Shown here one piece after another: positions 44,331 through 54,254 of a stretch of DNA of 64,000 bases. Both the position numbers and the translations under genes were made by a program. Source of the stretch: Verrucomicrobiota bacterium (GTDB taxonomy: Bacteria > Verrucomicrobiota > Verrucomicrobiia > Limisphaerales > UBA11358); NCBI GenBank assembly GCA_049510295.1, contig JBEKZC010000004.1, positions 4,224 through 68,223 on the forward strand, written 5' to 3'. The notes below the pieces were generated by a model that did not search any database, was not told where the DNA came from, and saw nothing but the letters and a program-made list of their open reading frames with translations. Position 1 is the stretch's first letter. Each line of letters opens with the position of its first letter.

Positions 44331-47300
44331 ATGAAAAAACTTCTGTCGGCTTTGACCATTGTGATTTTGGCGACCCGATTGTTGGCGCAGTCCAACGCGC
44401 CGGTCCGGCTGGCGCTGGTTGCGGAAACAGACGAAGCGGCCACGGCCTTGGATGTTTTGACGGCCCAGCTTTCCGGCAATCAAAAAATCCAATTGCTGGA
44501 GCGGAACGAAATCGAAAAGGTCTATCGCGAGCAGGGATTGCCGGCGGTGAACAAGGATTACCTGAAGTTGGGCCAAATTCTCGGCGCGGACGGGTTATTG
44601 CTGCTGGATGTGGTTCGGACGCCGCAGGCGACCAATTTGATGACGCGGTTGATTGCAGTGAAGCCGGGGGTGGTTTTGACGGACGGCAGTTTTCCCTGGC
44701 CGCTGAAAGACATCCCATCGTGGGCGGAATCGGTGGCCACTTATCTCAATTCCTTTCTGCCGAAGCTGGCGCTGCTGCCCAAGGATGCGATTCCGATTTC
44801 GGTGGTGAATCTCCGCTCTGCCGTCCAGTCCGCCGACGGGCAGGAAGCGGAGCGGCAATTGAAGTTGTTGGCCATCCAACGCTTGAGCCAGGAACGTCAG
44901 TTCTTTGTTTTGGAGCGGCAACAGATGCAATTATTGAGTGAGGAAAAGGAATTAAAAGTGGACGACTCGGCGTTTTGGAACGGCAGTTATTTGCTGGAAG
45001 GCGTCGTGGATCAAAACGGCTATTCTAAGGAAACCATTACCATCAACGCGCGGTTGACGCCGCCAAAGGGAGGTGCGCCATTACTGATGGAAGTCAGTGG
45101 CAGCCGCACGAATTATTCCGAGGTCATCAACCGGCTGGCGGCAAAAGTCACTGAATTGCTGAAGGTCAACTCCGCCATCAAGGAATGGAATGCCGTTGAC
45201 GAGGCGCAGCAATATTATGAGGAGACGAGATGGGCATTAAGGTGGGGAGTGTTTTCGGAGGCGGAGGCGGCAGCGGATTCAGCGTGGGCGCTTGGAAAAC
45301 GAGATTTGGACTGCGCTTTAGTGCGGGTGAAATCCTATGTGTCAGAAGTTTCGGCAGATGCTGGAAGGTATCAAGCCAGTGAAAACATAAACATAATGTC
45401 TCCGGGGTTTTTTGCCGACGGCAAGACGGATGGATCATTACCAACTGACGCCGACGTGCAGGCTTACATCAAGGAACTATCAACTCAACACCACCTTGGG
45501 ATAGCATATCAAATTCAAGATTTCGGAAAAATAAAGACTGTTGAATATGTTTTTATTGATCAACCGCCCGCCCCAAAAAACATCGCCCGCGCGATGCACG
45601 CGTTGGAGCTTTACAACGAGTTCAGCCAGACTTCATCCGCAGACATATTAAAGTTCCCCTCGGCAACATCCAACTGGAGGAATTCAGACTGGTATGATTT
45701 GGGGGTTGAAGACCTAATTACCGCGTCGAAGGTTTTGCAAAACTTCAATTTTGTTCCTGAATCTCAAAAACCGGTCGCCGAAAAACTGGCCGAACTGCGC
45801 GCGCTGACACGTTCGGTGGCAGAATGGGTTTCCAAGTCGCCATCAGTGCATGACAGCTATTTTGTGGGCGACCGGGTTGCCGTTTATGATGAACTCTATC
45901 ATTTTGAAGAAAAGCCAAGTATTTTCAATTGTGAAGTGAAGTGGGGTTGTTTCTGGCAGGAAAGGCCGGAAGACTGCATTGCGCTTTACAACGAACTGAT
46001 GAGCAGCCCGGTTTTTAGCTACATCCACAAGGATCTTTGGCTGCGTGATTTGCAAACACCCCGACTGGTGGCTTGGAATGAAAATGATCGCCAGCGCGTT
46101 CCGATGGTATGGAATGACTTTGTCCGGGAACTAAAAGCTTCCACCAACGTGCTTTTGCAACTGGAAGCCAACGCCCTCGCGTTTGCGGATGCGGATAGCG
46201 AAAAGCAAATGGCCGCGTCGTTCACTAATCTCTTTAACTGTATTTTTGAAAACCGCGATGCATTGGTGGCCAACTCGGTTGAGGTGCTGTATTTGAATTG
46301 GGGCTTGGATGATCTTGTCAATGCGAAGACCGGCAATGGCATCGTTACGGACACCAAGAATTCATTGCAGCAACTTTTTTATTCCCAATACCGCCCCAAA
46401 CTGGAGGCGATGGATCAGGAATACAGGAGCAAAACAGTCCCCGCCAAACAAGTCCTTTCAGCATTCGTGAAACAAAAACAGTATTTGAAGGAAAACAAAC
46501 CCTACGATTTTATTGAGTTTGTGAATCTCTTTCAGGAAAAAAACTACTCCAAAACCCAAGCCCTTGAAATCCAGCCGCTGATTGTCGCGTATAAATCTAA
46601 CCTGGTTGCTCAATCCCAAACAGCCCCGTGGAATGCAAAAGGCAAGCTGATGGGTGCCATCGCCCAGGTCGGTTTTTTGGAAGATGACGTGAACCGTATA
46701 TTGAATCCGCCAGCGCCAAAACCAAGAGTTGAAACGGTTCAAAATACAAATCCCCGGCCGGTTGCAATTGCGCCCCCGCCGGGCGTTCCCCGGTCGTCCC
46801 AAGCGCTTCCGGAAATCGTCACGAATGTCTTGCTGGTAAAAAATTATCTGACAATTCCACCAGAACGACTTAAACTGAACAAACCTGAAGAGAGGCTTTC
46901 TGATTTGAGGTTTTCCAACCCCCGTTTTTATGGAGGAAGGCTATGGCTCGACTTTCGTTATCAACATGGGTATCGCATCTACTTTTTCAATGCCGCAGGA
47001 GATTGGACTGGAACCGGGGGGACAAACTTCGACTGTGCAGCGGTTGTGGCTTGGGACCCCAAAAGCGAGGCTTGGGAAATCATTCCTTATCCAGATACCA
47101 ACTTTCCATCATTTTATGATATCAAGACCCGCCAATGGAAAATTCTGAATGTTTCGGGATTAAACGGGTCCCGATTGTTCGCGATTGACGGGCAGCTTTA
47201 TGCGGCAAGCGGTGAAAGTATTTTGGAAATTATTGATGGCGGCAAAGGGACGCGCATCCTTGCCAGTACCCGCCGGCGGCCGGCGGCTTCCGCACTCGAT

Positions 47301-48068
47301 GCATTGGACAGCCTCGGTTCGCCAATCCTTTTTTCTGGGATAAACCATTTGCTCTGCGCCAGCATCGGAAACAAGATTTATAGCTGGGACGGAAATGACT
47401 GGCATGAAGTTTTGACACTAAATATTTCCCAAGCACCGGAGATTTTTGAGGACACAGTGATCTTTCGTTTAGTACCTTCCTACGGAAGTGGTGATCCGGC
47501 AAACTTGTGGGTTTGGGAAAAGAACCAAACCGCGCCGGAATTGTGCCTGCATGACAAACCAAAACCACATCCCCAAATAAATCTTGGCCGGGATAATCCG
47601 GACAAACAAACTTTGTGCCCTCTATGGAAATCTCCGGAAGGGGACTACCTGACGGGTGCAGCAGCGACGTTTTACAAATCGAACCTCTATTTCTTTGTTG
47701 ATCATTGCATTGTCACAAATGTTTCCGGCCACTGGACGGTGGCGGAAATGGACGGTTATCATGCCAAGCTGGTCTGCCTGAGCCGCGATTTGCCGGAGCC
47801 AATTGTCGTGCCACTAAAGTTTGATTTGCAGCGCGGGCAACCTCCGCTCGAGAGTCTCGGCGAAAAGGTTGAACCGGCACCGTGGCTGACAGGTTCAACG
47901 TGGATATTTTTTGCAGGAGACACACTTTACATTGGTCAGCCAGACACGCCGGGAATTTGGACAATTCCTCTTTCTGAAATTGAAGCTGCCATCGCCGCGC
48001 AAAAACAAATACAACTTGAGCAAAAGTCAAAAGACGATGCCGAAGCGAAAAGCGGCAAAACTCAATGA
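44331..48068 (+). CDS. 1245-aa secreted protein; N-terminal tandem CsgG/LpoB/FlgO-like modules, rest unassigned
   Basis: Signal peptide MKKLLSALTIVILATRLLAQS. Modules: VRLALVAE..LTAQLSGNQKIQLLERNEIEKVYREQGL..LGQILGADGLLLLDV and ISVVNL..LLAIQRLSQERQFFVLERQQMQLLSEEKEL.. Confidence 0.55.
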   Translation: MKKLLSALTIVILATRLLAQSNAPVRLALVAETDEAATALDVLTAQLSGNQKIQLLERNEIEKVYREQGLPAVNKDYLKLGQILGADGLLLLDVVRTPQATNLMTRLIAVKPGVVLTDGSFPWPLKDIPSWAESVATYLNSFLPKLALLPKDAIPISVVNLRSAVQSADGQEAERQLKLLAIQRLSQERQFFVLERQQMQLLSEEKELKVDDSAFWNGSYLLEGVVDQNGYSKETITINARLTPPKGGAPLLMEVSGSRTNYSEVINRLAAKVTELLKVNSAIKEWNAVDEAQQYYEETRWALRWGVFSEAEAAADSAWALGKRDLDCALVRVKSYVSEVSADAGRYQASENINIMSPGFFADGKTDGSLPTDADVQAYIKELSTQHHLGIAYQIQDFGKIKTVEYVFIDQPPAPKNIARAMHALELYNEFSQTSSADILKFPSATSNWRNSDWYDLGVEDLITASKVLQNFNFVPESQKPVAEKLAELRALTRSVAEWVSKSPSVHDSYFVGDRVAVYDELYHFEEKPSIFNCEVKWGCFWQERPEDCIALYNELMSSPVFSYIHKDLWLRDLQTPRLVAWNENDRQRVPMVWNDFVRELKASTNVLLQLEANALAFADADSEKQMAASFTNLFNCIFENRDALVANSVEVLYLNWGLDDLVNAKTGNGIVTDTKNSLQQLFYSQYRPKLEAMDQEYRSKTVPAKQVLSAFVKQKQYLKENKPYDFIEFVNLFQEKNYSKTQALEIQPLIVAYKSNLVAQSQTAPWNAKGKLMGAIAQVGFLEDDVNRILNPPAPKPRVETVQNTNPRPVAIAPPPGVPRSSQALPEIVTNVLLVKNYLTIPPERLKLNKPEERLSDLRFSNPRFYGGRLWLDFRYQHGYRIYFFNAAGDWTGTGGTNFDCAAVVAWDPKSEAWEIIPYPDTNFPSFYDIKTRQWKILNVSGLNGSRLFAIDGQLYAASGESILEIIDGGKGTRILASTRRRPAASALDALDSLGSPILFSGINHLLCASIGNKIYSWDGNDWHEVLTLNISQAPEIFEDTVIFRLVPSYGSGDPANLWVWEKNQTAPELCLHDKPKPHPQINLGRDNPDKQTLCPLWKSPEGDYLTGAAATFYKSNLYFFVDHCIVTNVSGHWTVAEMDGYHAKLVCLSRDLPEPIVVPLKFDLQRGQPPLESLGEKVEPAPWLTGSTWIFFAGDTLYIGQPDTPGIWTIPLSEIEAAIAAQKQIQLEQKSKDDAEAKSGKTQ

Positions 48069-48126
48069 ACTTATCCCTGATTTTTATCAAAGGATTCGCC
48101 GTCACGAATGGTCATAATTATTGGAA

Positions 48127-48966
48127 ATGAGAGCATTCAACCCATGGTTGCCGCTGATAATGGCTGCTTGCTGGCCGGGTGTGGCCTGCGCCCAGTTGCA
48201 ACTGCTGCCCGACCGGGAACCGCAGCGGGTATTTGCCGGTGCTGCGCGCAAAATCACCGTCATCTGGCACAATGCCGGCGACAAAAGCGCAGTTGCCGAT
48301 GTCCGCATGCGGCTTTATCAAGCCAGTTCCGCAACGGCGGCCCCGCTGTCCGAAAAAGCCTGGAAGAAAATCGAAATTTTGCCCGGGCAAACCGTGCTCG
48401 AATCCGCGCCCATGGACTTCCCCGCCGTGAACGCGGAAACGCGGTTCCTGATTCAATGGCTGGAGGGCACCAATCAGGTCATCGGCAAGACTGAGGTGTG
48501 GGTTTACCCGACGAATTTGTTGAGTGAATTAAAACCGCTGCTGGGTGAAGAAAGTTTGGGCGTTCTTGATCCGAACGATGAACTCAAACCGTTGCTCAAG
48601 CAGAACCACGTGGAATTTTCGGATTTGGGAGAGGCGGCCCTGGAAGATTTCCAGGGCAAACTGGCCATTATCGGGCCATTCTCAACAAAGGCGCAAATGC
48701 GTGAAGGCTTGGCACCGGCCATTCAGAAAATTACCCGGAAAGGCGTGGCCGTGGTCTGGATTCAGCCGCCGCCGGGGCCCAAAGACCAAATCAAACCGTC
48801 GTTTTATATTGTGCCGGAAGGCAAAGGCTCAGTCGTGGTGGTCCAGGCGGATTTGGTTGCCAAGCTGCCCGAAAATCTCAAGTCCCAGCTCAACCTGGTT
48901 TATTTCTGCAAACTGGCGTTGAATCCGACGCCGTTTGCGCTGCCTGATTTGAAAACTCAACCATGA
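48127..48966 (+). CDS. Secreted hypothetical protein
   Basis: ATG at 48127 (MRAFNPWLPLIMAACWPGVACAQ). No motif recognised. Its stop overlaps the next start (ATGA). Confidence 0.5.
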   Translation: MRAFNPWLPLIMAACWPGVACAQLQLLPDREPQRVFAGAARKITVIWHNAGDKSAVADVRMRLYQASSATAAPLSEKAWKKIEILPGQTVLESAPMDFPAVNAETRFLIQWLEGTNQVIGKTEVWVYPTNLLSELKPLLGEESLGVLDPNDELKPLLKQNHVEFSDLGEAALEDFQGKLAIIGPFSTKAQMREGLAPAIQKITRKGVAVVWIQPPPGPKDQIKPSFYIVPEGKGSVVVVQADLVAKLPENLKSQLNLVYFCKLALNPTPFALPDLKTQP

Positions 48967-49910
48967 AACCAAAATACATTATGAAAACACGAATCGCATT
49001 AATCCTGACCCTGATGCTGGCCGCTGGCACGATCGTCCGGGCGGCCACCAATGATGTTCTCACCGTCGCGGTCTTCGACTTTGAATCGAAAGATGAGGCC
49101 GTGAGCGGTCTCGGCCCCAAGGTGGCCACGCTGGTCAACGCCAGCCTGTCCGCCGAGCCGCAAATCATCACCGTCGAGCGCGCGGAACTGGAAAAGGTCC
49201 TGGGCGAACAGGAACTGGGCTTGTCCGGAACCGTTGACCCCAACAGCGCGGCCAAAATCGGCCAACTGACCGGTGCCAAAGTGCTCATCACCGGACGGGT
49301 GTTCAAGACAGATGGTCAGACCATCATTGTGGCCAAGGTCATCGGCACCGAGACCAGCCGGGTTTATGGCGAAATGGTGCAAGGCGGATCGTCCGCCACC
49401 ATCGTTGATCTCTCGTCCAGTCTCGCGAAGAAAATCGCCGCGGACGTGTCGGAAAAAAGCGACACCTTGGTGGCCAGGGTGGAGACGCGCGAGGAACGGA
49501 TCGCCAAACTCAAAAAAGCCCTCGATGGGAAAAAATTGCCGGTGGTTTCGGTAAAAATCAGCGAGCGGCATTACGGGCCGCACATCATTGACCCGGCGGC
49601 GCAGACGGAACTGTCAGTGATTTTGCAGCAATGCGGTTTCACGCTGGCGGACGACAATTCCACCAACAAACCGGCCATTGAAATATCGGGCGAAGCCTTC
49701 AGCGCTTACGGCATGCAAAAGGGCAACCTGATTTCCTGCAAATCGCGCATCGAAATCAAAGTCCACGATGTCGCCACCGGAAACATCCTGGACGTGGACC
49801 GTCAAACCAGCGTCGGTGTGGACATTGCGGAGCAGACCGCCGCCAAGACCGCATTGCAAAACGCGGCGGACGTGCTGGCGGAACGCGTGGTTCCCAAATT
49901 GGCCAAATGA
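48963..49910 (+). CDS. Secreted protein with CsgG/LpoB/FlgO-like module(s)
   Basis: Signal peptide, then LTVAVFDFESKDEAVSGLGPKVATLVNASLSAEPQIITVERAELEKVLGEQELGLSGTVDPNSAAKIGQLTGAKVLITGRVFK.. Confidence 0.55.
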   Translation: MKPKYIMKTRIALILTLMLAAGTIVRAATNDVLTVAVFDFESKDEAVSGLGPKVATLVNASLSAEPQIITVERAELEKVLGEQELGLSGTVDPNSAAKIGQLTGAKVLITGRVFKTDGQTIIVAKVIGTETSRVYGEMVQGGSSATIVDLSSSLAKKIAADVSEKSDTLVARVETREERIAKLKKALDGKKLPVVSVKISERHYGPHIIDPAAQTELSVILQQCGFTLADDNSTNKPAIEISGEAFSAYGMQKGNLISCKSRIEIKVHDVATGNILDVDRQTSVGVDIAEQTAAKTALQNAADVLAERVVPKLAK

Positions 49911-52900
49911 AGACCGGAAAATTGCTCCGCTTTTTGGGGCTGCTCTTGGTTTCAATCGTGCCGGTGTTGTTCGCGACCAATGCCGGCGTGTTGGAGACCA
50001 ATACCGTTCGCCTGGCCATCGGCCCGTTTTTTGCGCCGGTTGGAAATACAATCCTGGAAAAGGCCGCGACGGATTTGCCCGATCTCCTGACGGCTTCGCT
50101 GTCGCACGAAAGCCGTTTTCAACTGGTCGAGCGGGAGAAGATCAATGCGATCTGGAGCGAGTTGCATCTGGCCGAAGCCGGCCTGACGTCGGTGGACACA
50201 GTTGGGAAATTGGGCCGGATATTGTCCTGCGACTGGCTGGTCAGCGGCTCATTCGTGCAGACCGAATCCGGCACGCAGGTGTGGGTCAAGGTCATTGACA
50301 CCCAAAACAGCGTCGTGCTGGACCTGCAATCCGTGCGGTATAATCCGACCGATTTTCCCGCGACCATCAGCAGTGTGGCCGCTTTTCTGGCCTCGGCCAG
50401 TCCACGCTCCTCATCGCGTCAGTTCATCACGCTGGGAAGATTTGCGGACCAGAGTATTTCCTCCACGCGTGAGGATTGGTCACAACGCCTGTCGGCTTTG
50501 ATTGAAAAACATTTTCTGGCCGCCGGTTATGGGGTGGTCGAACGCGAGGCGGTGTCGCCGATTTTTTCGGAATTCCAACTGCAAACAGCGGGGCTGACCG
50601 GCGATTCCACCAACCAGGTGAAACTCAAGCCGGCATTTTGGGTCGTGGACGGCGGGTGCAAGTGGATTTATGACACACAGGACAAATTGAGCGTTGCGCT
50701 GCGCGTCCAAAAGATGGGGGGTGGCGAACAAATCTTCCGTTTCACCAAACCGCCGGGAGCTGAATTGGAAAAGGCGGTTGTGGAAGCCATTCAATCGGCG
50801 CTGACGAATGCGACGCCGGTGACTTTGGAACAGGCGCAGGCGGCGGAGGCAAACTTTCGGGCGGCCCGCGCGCGGGAGCTGGGATTGGGACTTGGAGAAC
50901 CCTGGATCCCTTCGCGCTACACCACGAACAAAACCTCTTTTACGTTCAGCTTTTGGGATCAAAATGGGAAAAAATTTGTCATTACAAACCAGGATCAAAA
51001 CACCCCAGCATTCGAGGGGACTTGGTCTCGGAATGTAGGCCGTGATTGGCGCAATGCCTTCGAACAGGCGATTTTACTGAATACGAACGACATGCGTTCA
51101 AAATTCATGCTCGGAAGAGGATTGCTTCTCAGTCGCGATTCCGATTCTGTGGAAAAGAAACACGGCAGGGATTTGCTGGAGGAAGTCGCTGCCTCCAACG
51201 ATGCAACGAACGCAGCCAAAGCCAGAACCTGGCTTACCAACATCGATCAAACCAGCCATTTTCCGGGCTGGCGCCCGACGGTGGTTCGTACCAACCAGCC
51301 GGAACCGGATTGGGGAATCACAAACGTCGCGACAGCCGAGTCGGCTTTGCTGATACCACCCCCGGGTTGGGGCATGAGACATTTCAACGGTCTGACCCTG
51401 GCCAAATCCGTACCAAGCGGGATTGTGGTTGTAGCGGGCAATGTTCTCCAGCTTTGCCATCCGCAGACCGGGGAATTGGAAGATGTTCATCTGCCGTTGC
51501 AGCCCGACCATCCCATCACTGCCATCGAAACCGATGAAAATGATTTATGGCTGGGCACCGATGGCGGCGGGTTGATCCGGATCCCCAAATCAGGCGGGAC
51601 GCCGCGCGTGTTTGGCGAAAAGAACGGTTTCCCCATGCCTGCCATCAGGTCTTTGCGGCTGGTTCCGGGCCGGCTGTTGATTGGCTTTGGGTTTCGTGAG
51701 AGTGGCGCATTCGGTTATCTTGACACCCAAACGGAGAAATTTACAGGCTTGATGTCCGATACGAGCCTTTTCAAAAGCCAGACGGAAATATTAAACAGCG
51801 CACCCGACCGTTCCATTCTCGCTATCGAGACCGCAGATGACACCAACATCTGGATCGCTTCGTACATGGGCATTTGGCGGCTAGACCTCCCGTCGCAAAA
51901 ATGGAATTGGGAAAATTCAGGGGTTTTCGCCCAAAGCCTTTCCGCTAATGCCAACTTTGTGGCGGCGTTGGTTCCCATGCGGTGTGTGGCAATCTGTAAA
52001 CCGCCGGCAAATCAATGGACCACCGTGAATGTGTCGAAGGATATAAATGAAAACGAGGCGTTTTCAATCTGTGCCGATCGTTTTGACAGCCAGCTTCTCT
52101 GGATCGGGTGTGATAAAAAAATCGTGCTCTTTAACGTGGCCACCATGAAAATGGTTGGCGTGTGCAACCTGCCTGAGGGATTGGGGGGTGGATGTGTCCG
52201 TTGGATTTTTGCCGGACCTGACAAGGTGGTATTCATTGCCGACGGTTATTATTTCGGCGAATCTGAATTATTCTGGATTGCCAAGCCCGGTCACACGGCG
52301 CCTGTCCAAAAAGAAAGCCCTATTCGAGAACCAATGGCCAACAACCAGCAACAGGAATTTCTCCAAAAAGAAGGCCCTTTCCAAGAACCAATGGCTGACA
52401 AGCAGCAGCGGAAATTTCTCCAAAAAAACTTCGCCAAATTTGTGCCGGTTCAATTCCAAAAGAATACGAACGGAGACAAAAGGGCGCTCATTCAGCGGCT
52501 GCATGTAAAAGAGAACATGTTTGCATACCGGGATAGATTTTATTGCGGTTTCAAGTTCACCGTTCCTTCCTGGCTCGACGGCGATTTTGGATTGGTGCAT
52601 ATCCTCGCTAAAACCGAGGCGGAAAAGGATTTCACCGCGAACGGGATGAGTTGGAATATCATCCCGGAAAGCGGACCCTCAGCTGGATTTGAATCTTTCC
52701 ATTCCGACAGTATTGCGAGATATTCACATCTTCAACGCCAATTCCCATATACTCACCAAGTAAAATACCAGTTTTTAGCCAGCAACCGATTGGAACCGGG
52801 TAAAACCTATGCCATCTGGTTTGGGTTTCAGGAAAAAGACATGCCTGACATCGCGTTTGCCATAGGAATCACTTCATTGCGGGGCAGAAACGAGTACGGA

Positions 52901-52918
52901 TTGCTTCCCCTGTGGTAG
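49907..52918 (+). CDS. 1003-aa secreted protein: two CsgG/LpoB-like modules plus propeller-like repeats
   Basis: ATGA overlap with the upstream gene. VRLAIGPFFAP..LTASLSHESRFQLVEREKINAIWSELHLAEAGL.. and ITLGRFAD..HFLAAGYGVVEREAVSPIFSEFQLQTAGL.. The central ..DLWLGTDGGGLIRI.. / ..IWIASYMGIWRLDL.. resemble two-component-regulator propeller repeats. Confidence 0.55.
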   Translation: MKTGKLLRFLGLLLVSIVPVLFATNAGVLETNTVRLAIGPFFAPVGNTILEKAATDLPDLLTASLSHESRFQLVEREKINAIWSELHLAEAGLTSVDTVGKLGRILSCDWLVSGSFVQTESGTQVWVKVIDTQNSVVLDLQSVRYNPTDFPATISSVAAFLASASPRSSSRQFITLGRFADQSISSTREDWSQRLSALIEKHFLAAGYGVVEREAVSPIFSEFQLQTAGLTGDSTNQVKLKPAFWVVDGGCKWIYDTQDKLSVALRVQKMGGGEQIFRFTKPPGAELEKAVVEAIQSALTNATPVTLEQAQAAEANFRAARARELGLGLGEPWIPSRYTTNKTSFTFSFWDQNGKKFVITNQDQNTPAFEGTWSRNVGRDWRNAFEQAILLNTNDMRSKFMLGRGLLLSRDSDSVEKKHGRDLLEEVAASNDATNAAKARTWLTNIDQTSHFPGWRPTVVRTNQPEPDWGITNVATAESALLIPPPGWGMRHFNGLTLAKSVPSGIVVVAGNVLQLCHPQTGELEDVHLPLQPDHPITAIETDENDLWLGTDGGGLIRIPKSGGTPRVFGEKNGFPMPAIRSLRLVPGRLLIGFGFRESGAFGYLDTQTEKFTGLMSDTSLFKSQTEILNSAPDRSILAIETADDTNIWIASYMGIWRLDLPSQKWNWENSGVFAQSLSANANFVAALVPMRCVAICKPPANQWTTVNVSKDINENEAFSICADRFDSQLLWIGCDKKIVLFNVATMKMVGVCNLPEGLGGGCVRWIFAGPDKVVFIADGYYFGESELFWIAKPGHTAPVQKESPIREPMANNQQQEFLQKEGPFQEPMADKQQRKFLQKNFAKFVPVQFQKNTNGDKRALIQRLHVKENMFAYRDRFYCGFKFTVPSWLDGDFGLVHILAKTEAEKDFTANGMSWNIIPESGPSAGFESFHSDSIARYSHLQRQFPYTHQVKYQFLASNRLEPGKTYAIWFGFQEKDMPDIAFAIGITSLRGRNEYGLLPLW
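52306..52419 (+). repeat. 57-bp tandem repeat x2 inside the 1003-aa gene
   Basis: ccaaaaagaaagccctattcgagaaccaatggccaacaaccagcaacaggaatttct / ccaaaaagaaggccctttccaagaaccaatggctgacaagcagcagcggaaatttct. These encode QKESPIREPMANNQQQEFL / QKEGPFQEPMADKQQRKFL. Confidence 0.8.
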
Positions 52919-53103
52919 CAAATTCGCAGGGAGCATAAGCTGAACGGCTCGGTTTTAACTGGCGATACGATTTCCCTGGAAAAGGAATCGGTGGAAAGCA
53001 AAGCAAAGGAGGCTGCCGAGGACAAGAAGCAAACATTTGTTGACGTTAAGCGTCCGGAAGCGCAAAAGTTGTCGGGGTAAATTCAACCCAAAGGAGTCGC
53101 GTT

Positions 53104-54132
53104 ATGAAAAAAATTCTGTTGCCGGTCATGTTCAGCCTTGTTGCCGTCGCGGTTTGCCGCGCCGACGGGCCTTGCCATTTCATCAAGGAAATTCCCATCG
53201 GCGGCGACGGCGGATGGGATTACCTGTCCGTGGATTCGGCGGCGCAACGTCTCTACGTCTCGCACGGGACCAAGGTTGTGGTCATTGACCTCGCCAGGGA
53301 TCAGGTCGTCGGCGAAATCACGAACACACCCGGAGTTCATGGCCTGGCGCCCGCGCCCGACCTGGGACTGGGCGTCACCAGCAACGGTCGTGAAAACAAG
53401 GCGGGCATCGTGGACTTGAAGACGCTGCAAACGCTTTCAAAGGTGGACACCGGTCAAAACCCGGATGGAATGCTCTACGAACCGGGGCAGCGGGAGTTTT
53501 ACACGTTTAACGGACACGGCCAATCGGCAACGGTCATTGATGCAAAGTCAGCCAAGGTCGTCGCCACCATTCCGCTGGGAGGCAAACCGGAGTTTGCCCA
53601 GGCCGACCCGGCGGCAGGCCGCGTTTACAACAACATCGAAGATAAAAATGAAGTCGCTGTAATTGACACGAAATCGCACCAGGTCGTCACCAACTGGCCC
53701 ATCGCACCGGGCGAGGAAGGTTCCGGCATGGCGATTGATTTGAAAAATCACCGGCTGTTCCTCGGTTGCGGTGGCAGCAAGACGATGGTGATGATGGACA
53801 GCACCAGCGGCAAGGTCATCACCTCGGTGCCCATCGGACAGGGTGTGGACGCCAACGTGTTTGACCCGGGAACCGGGTTCGCCTTTGCTTCCTGTGGCGA
53901 CGGCACGACCACGATTGCGCACGAAGATACGCCGGACAAGCTAACTGTGGTGCAGACATTGGAAACCCAACGCGGTTCGCGCACGATGGCGCTCGATCCG
54001 AAGACGCACAAAATTTACCTGGCCGCCGCGCAGTTTGAGACCTCGACCAACCAGGCCGCGGCCACGCCGCGCCAGCGTCCGCGAATGGTTCCCGGCACAT
54101 TCAAGATTCTGGTGTATGGAATGGACAAATAG
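53104..54132 (+). CDS. YncE-like / YVTN-repeat beta-propeller protein, secreted
   Basis: 342 aa with signal peptide MKKILLPVMFSLVAVAVCRA and repeated ..V.VID.. blades (KVVVIDLARDQVVGEI, ATVIDAKSAKVVATIPLGG, EVAVIDTKSHQVVTNWP, MVMMDSTSGKVITSVPIG). Confidence 0.65.
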   Translation: MKKILLPVMFSLVAVAVCRADGPCHFIKEIPIGGDGGWDYLSVDSAAQRLYVSHGTKVVVIDLARDQVVGEITNTPGVHGLAPAPDLGLGVTSNGRENKAGIVDLKTLQTLSKVDTGQNPDGMLYEPGQREFYTFNGHGQSATVIDAKSAKVVATIPLGGKPEFAQADPAAGRVYNNIEDKNEVAVIDTKSHQVVTNWPIAPGEEGSGMAIDLKNHRLFLGCGGSKTMVMMDSTSGKVITSVPIGQGVDANVFDPGTGFAFASCGDGTTTIAHEDTPDKLTVVQTLETQRGSRTMALDPKTHKIYLAAAQFETSTNQAAATPRQRPRMVPGTFKILVYGMDK

Positions 54133-54254
54133 CCGGACCCGTTTCCCGCTCAACCACGGTTCCCGGCGGCCCGGGTGTTCAAGCGGTTGTATTCGCGCTC
54201 GACCAGGCCGCCGTGAGCCGCTACTTTCCCGTCCGTCTCACCACGAGGTGAATT

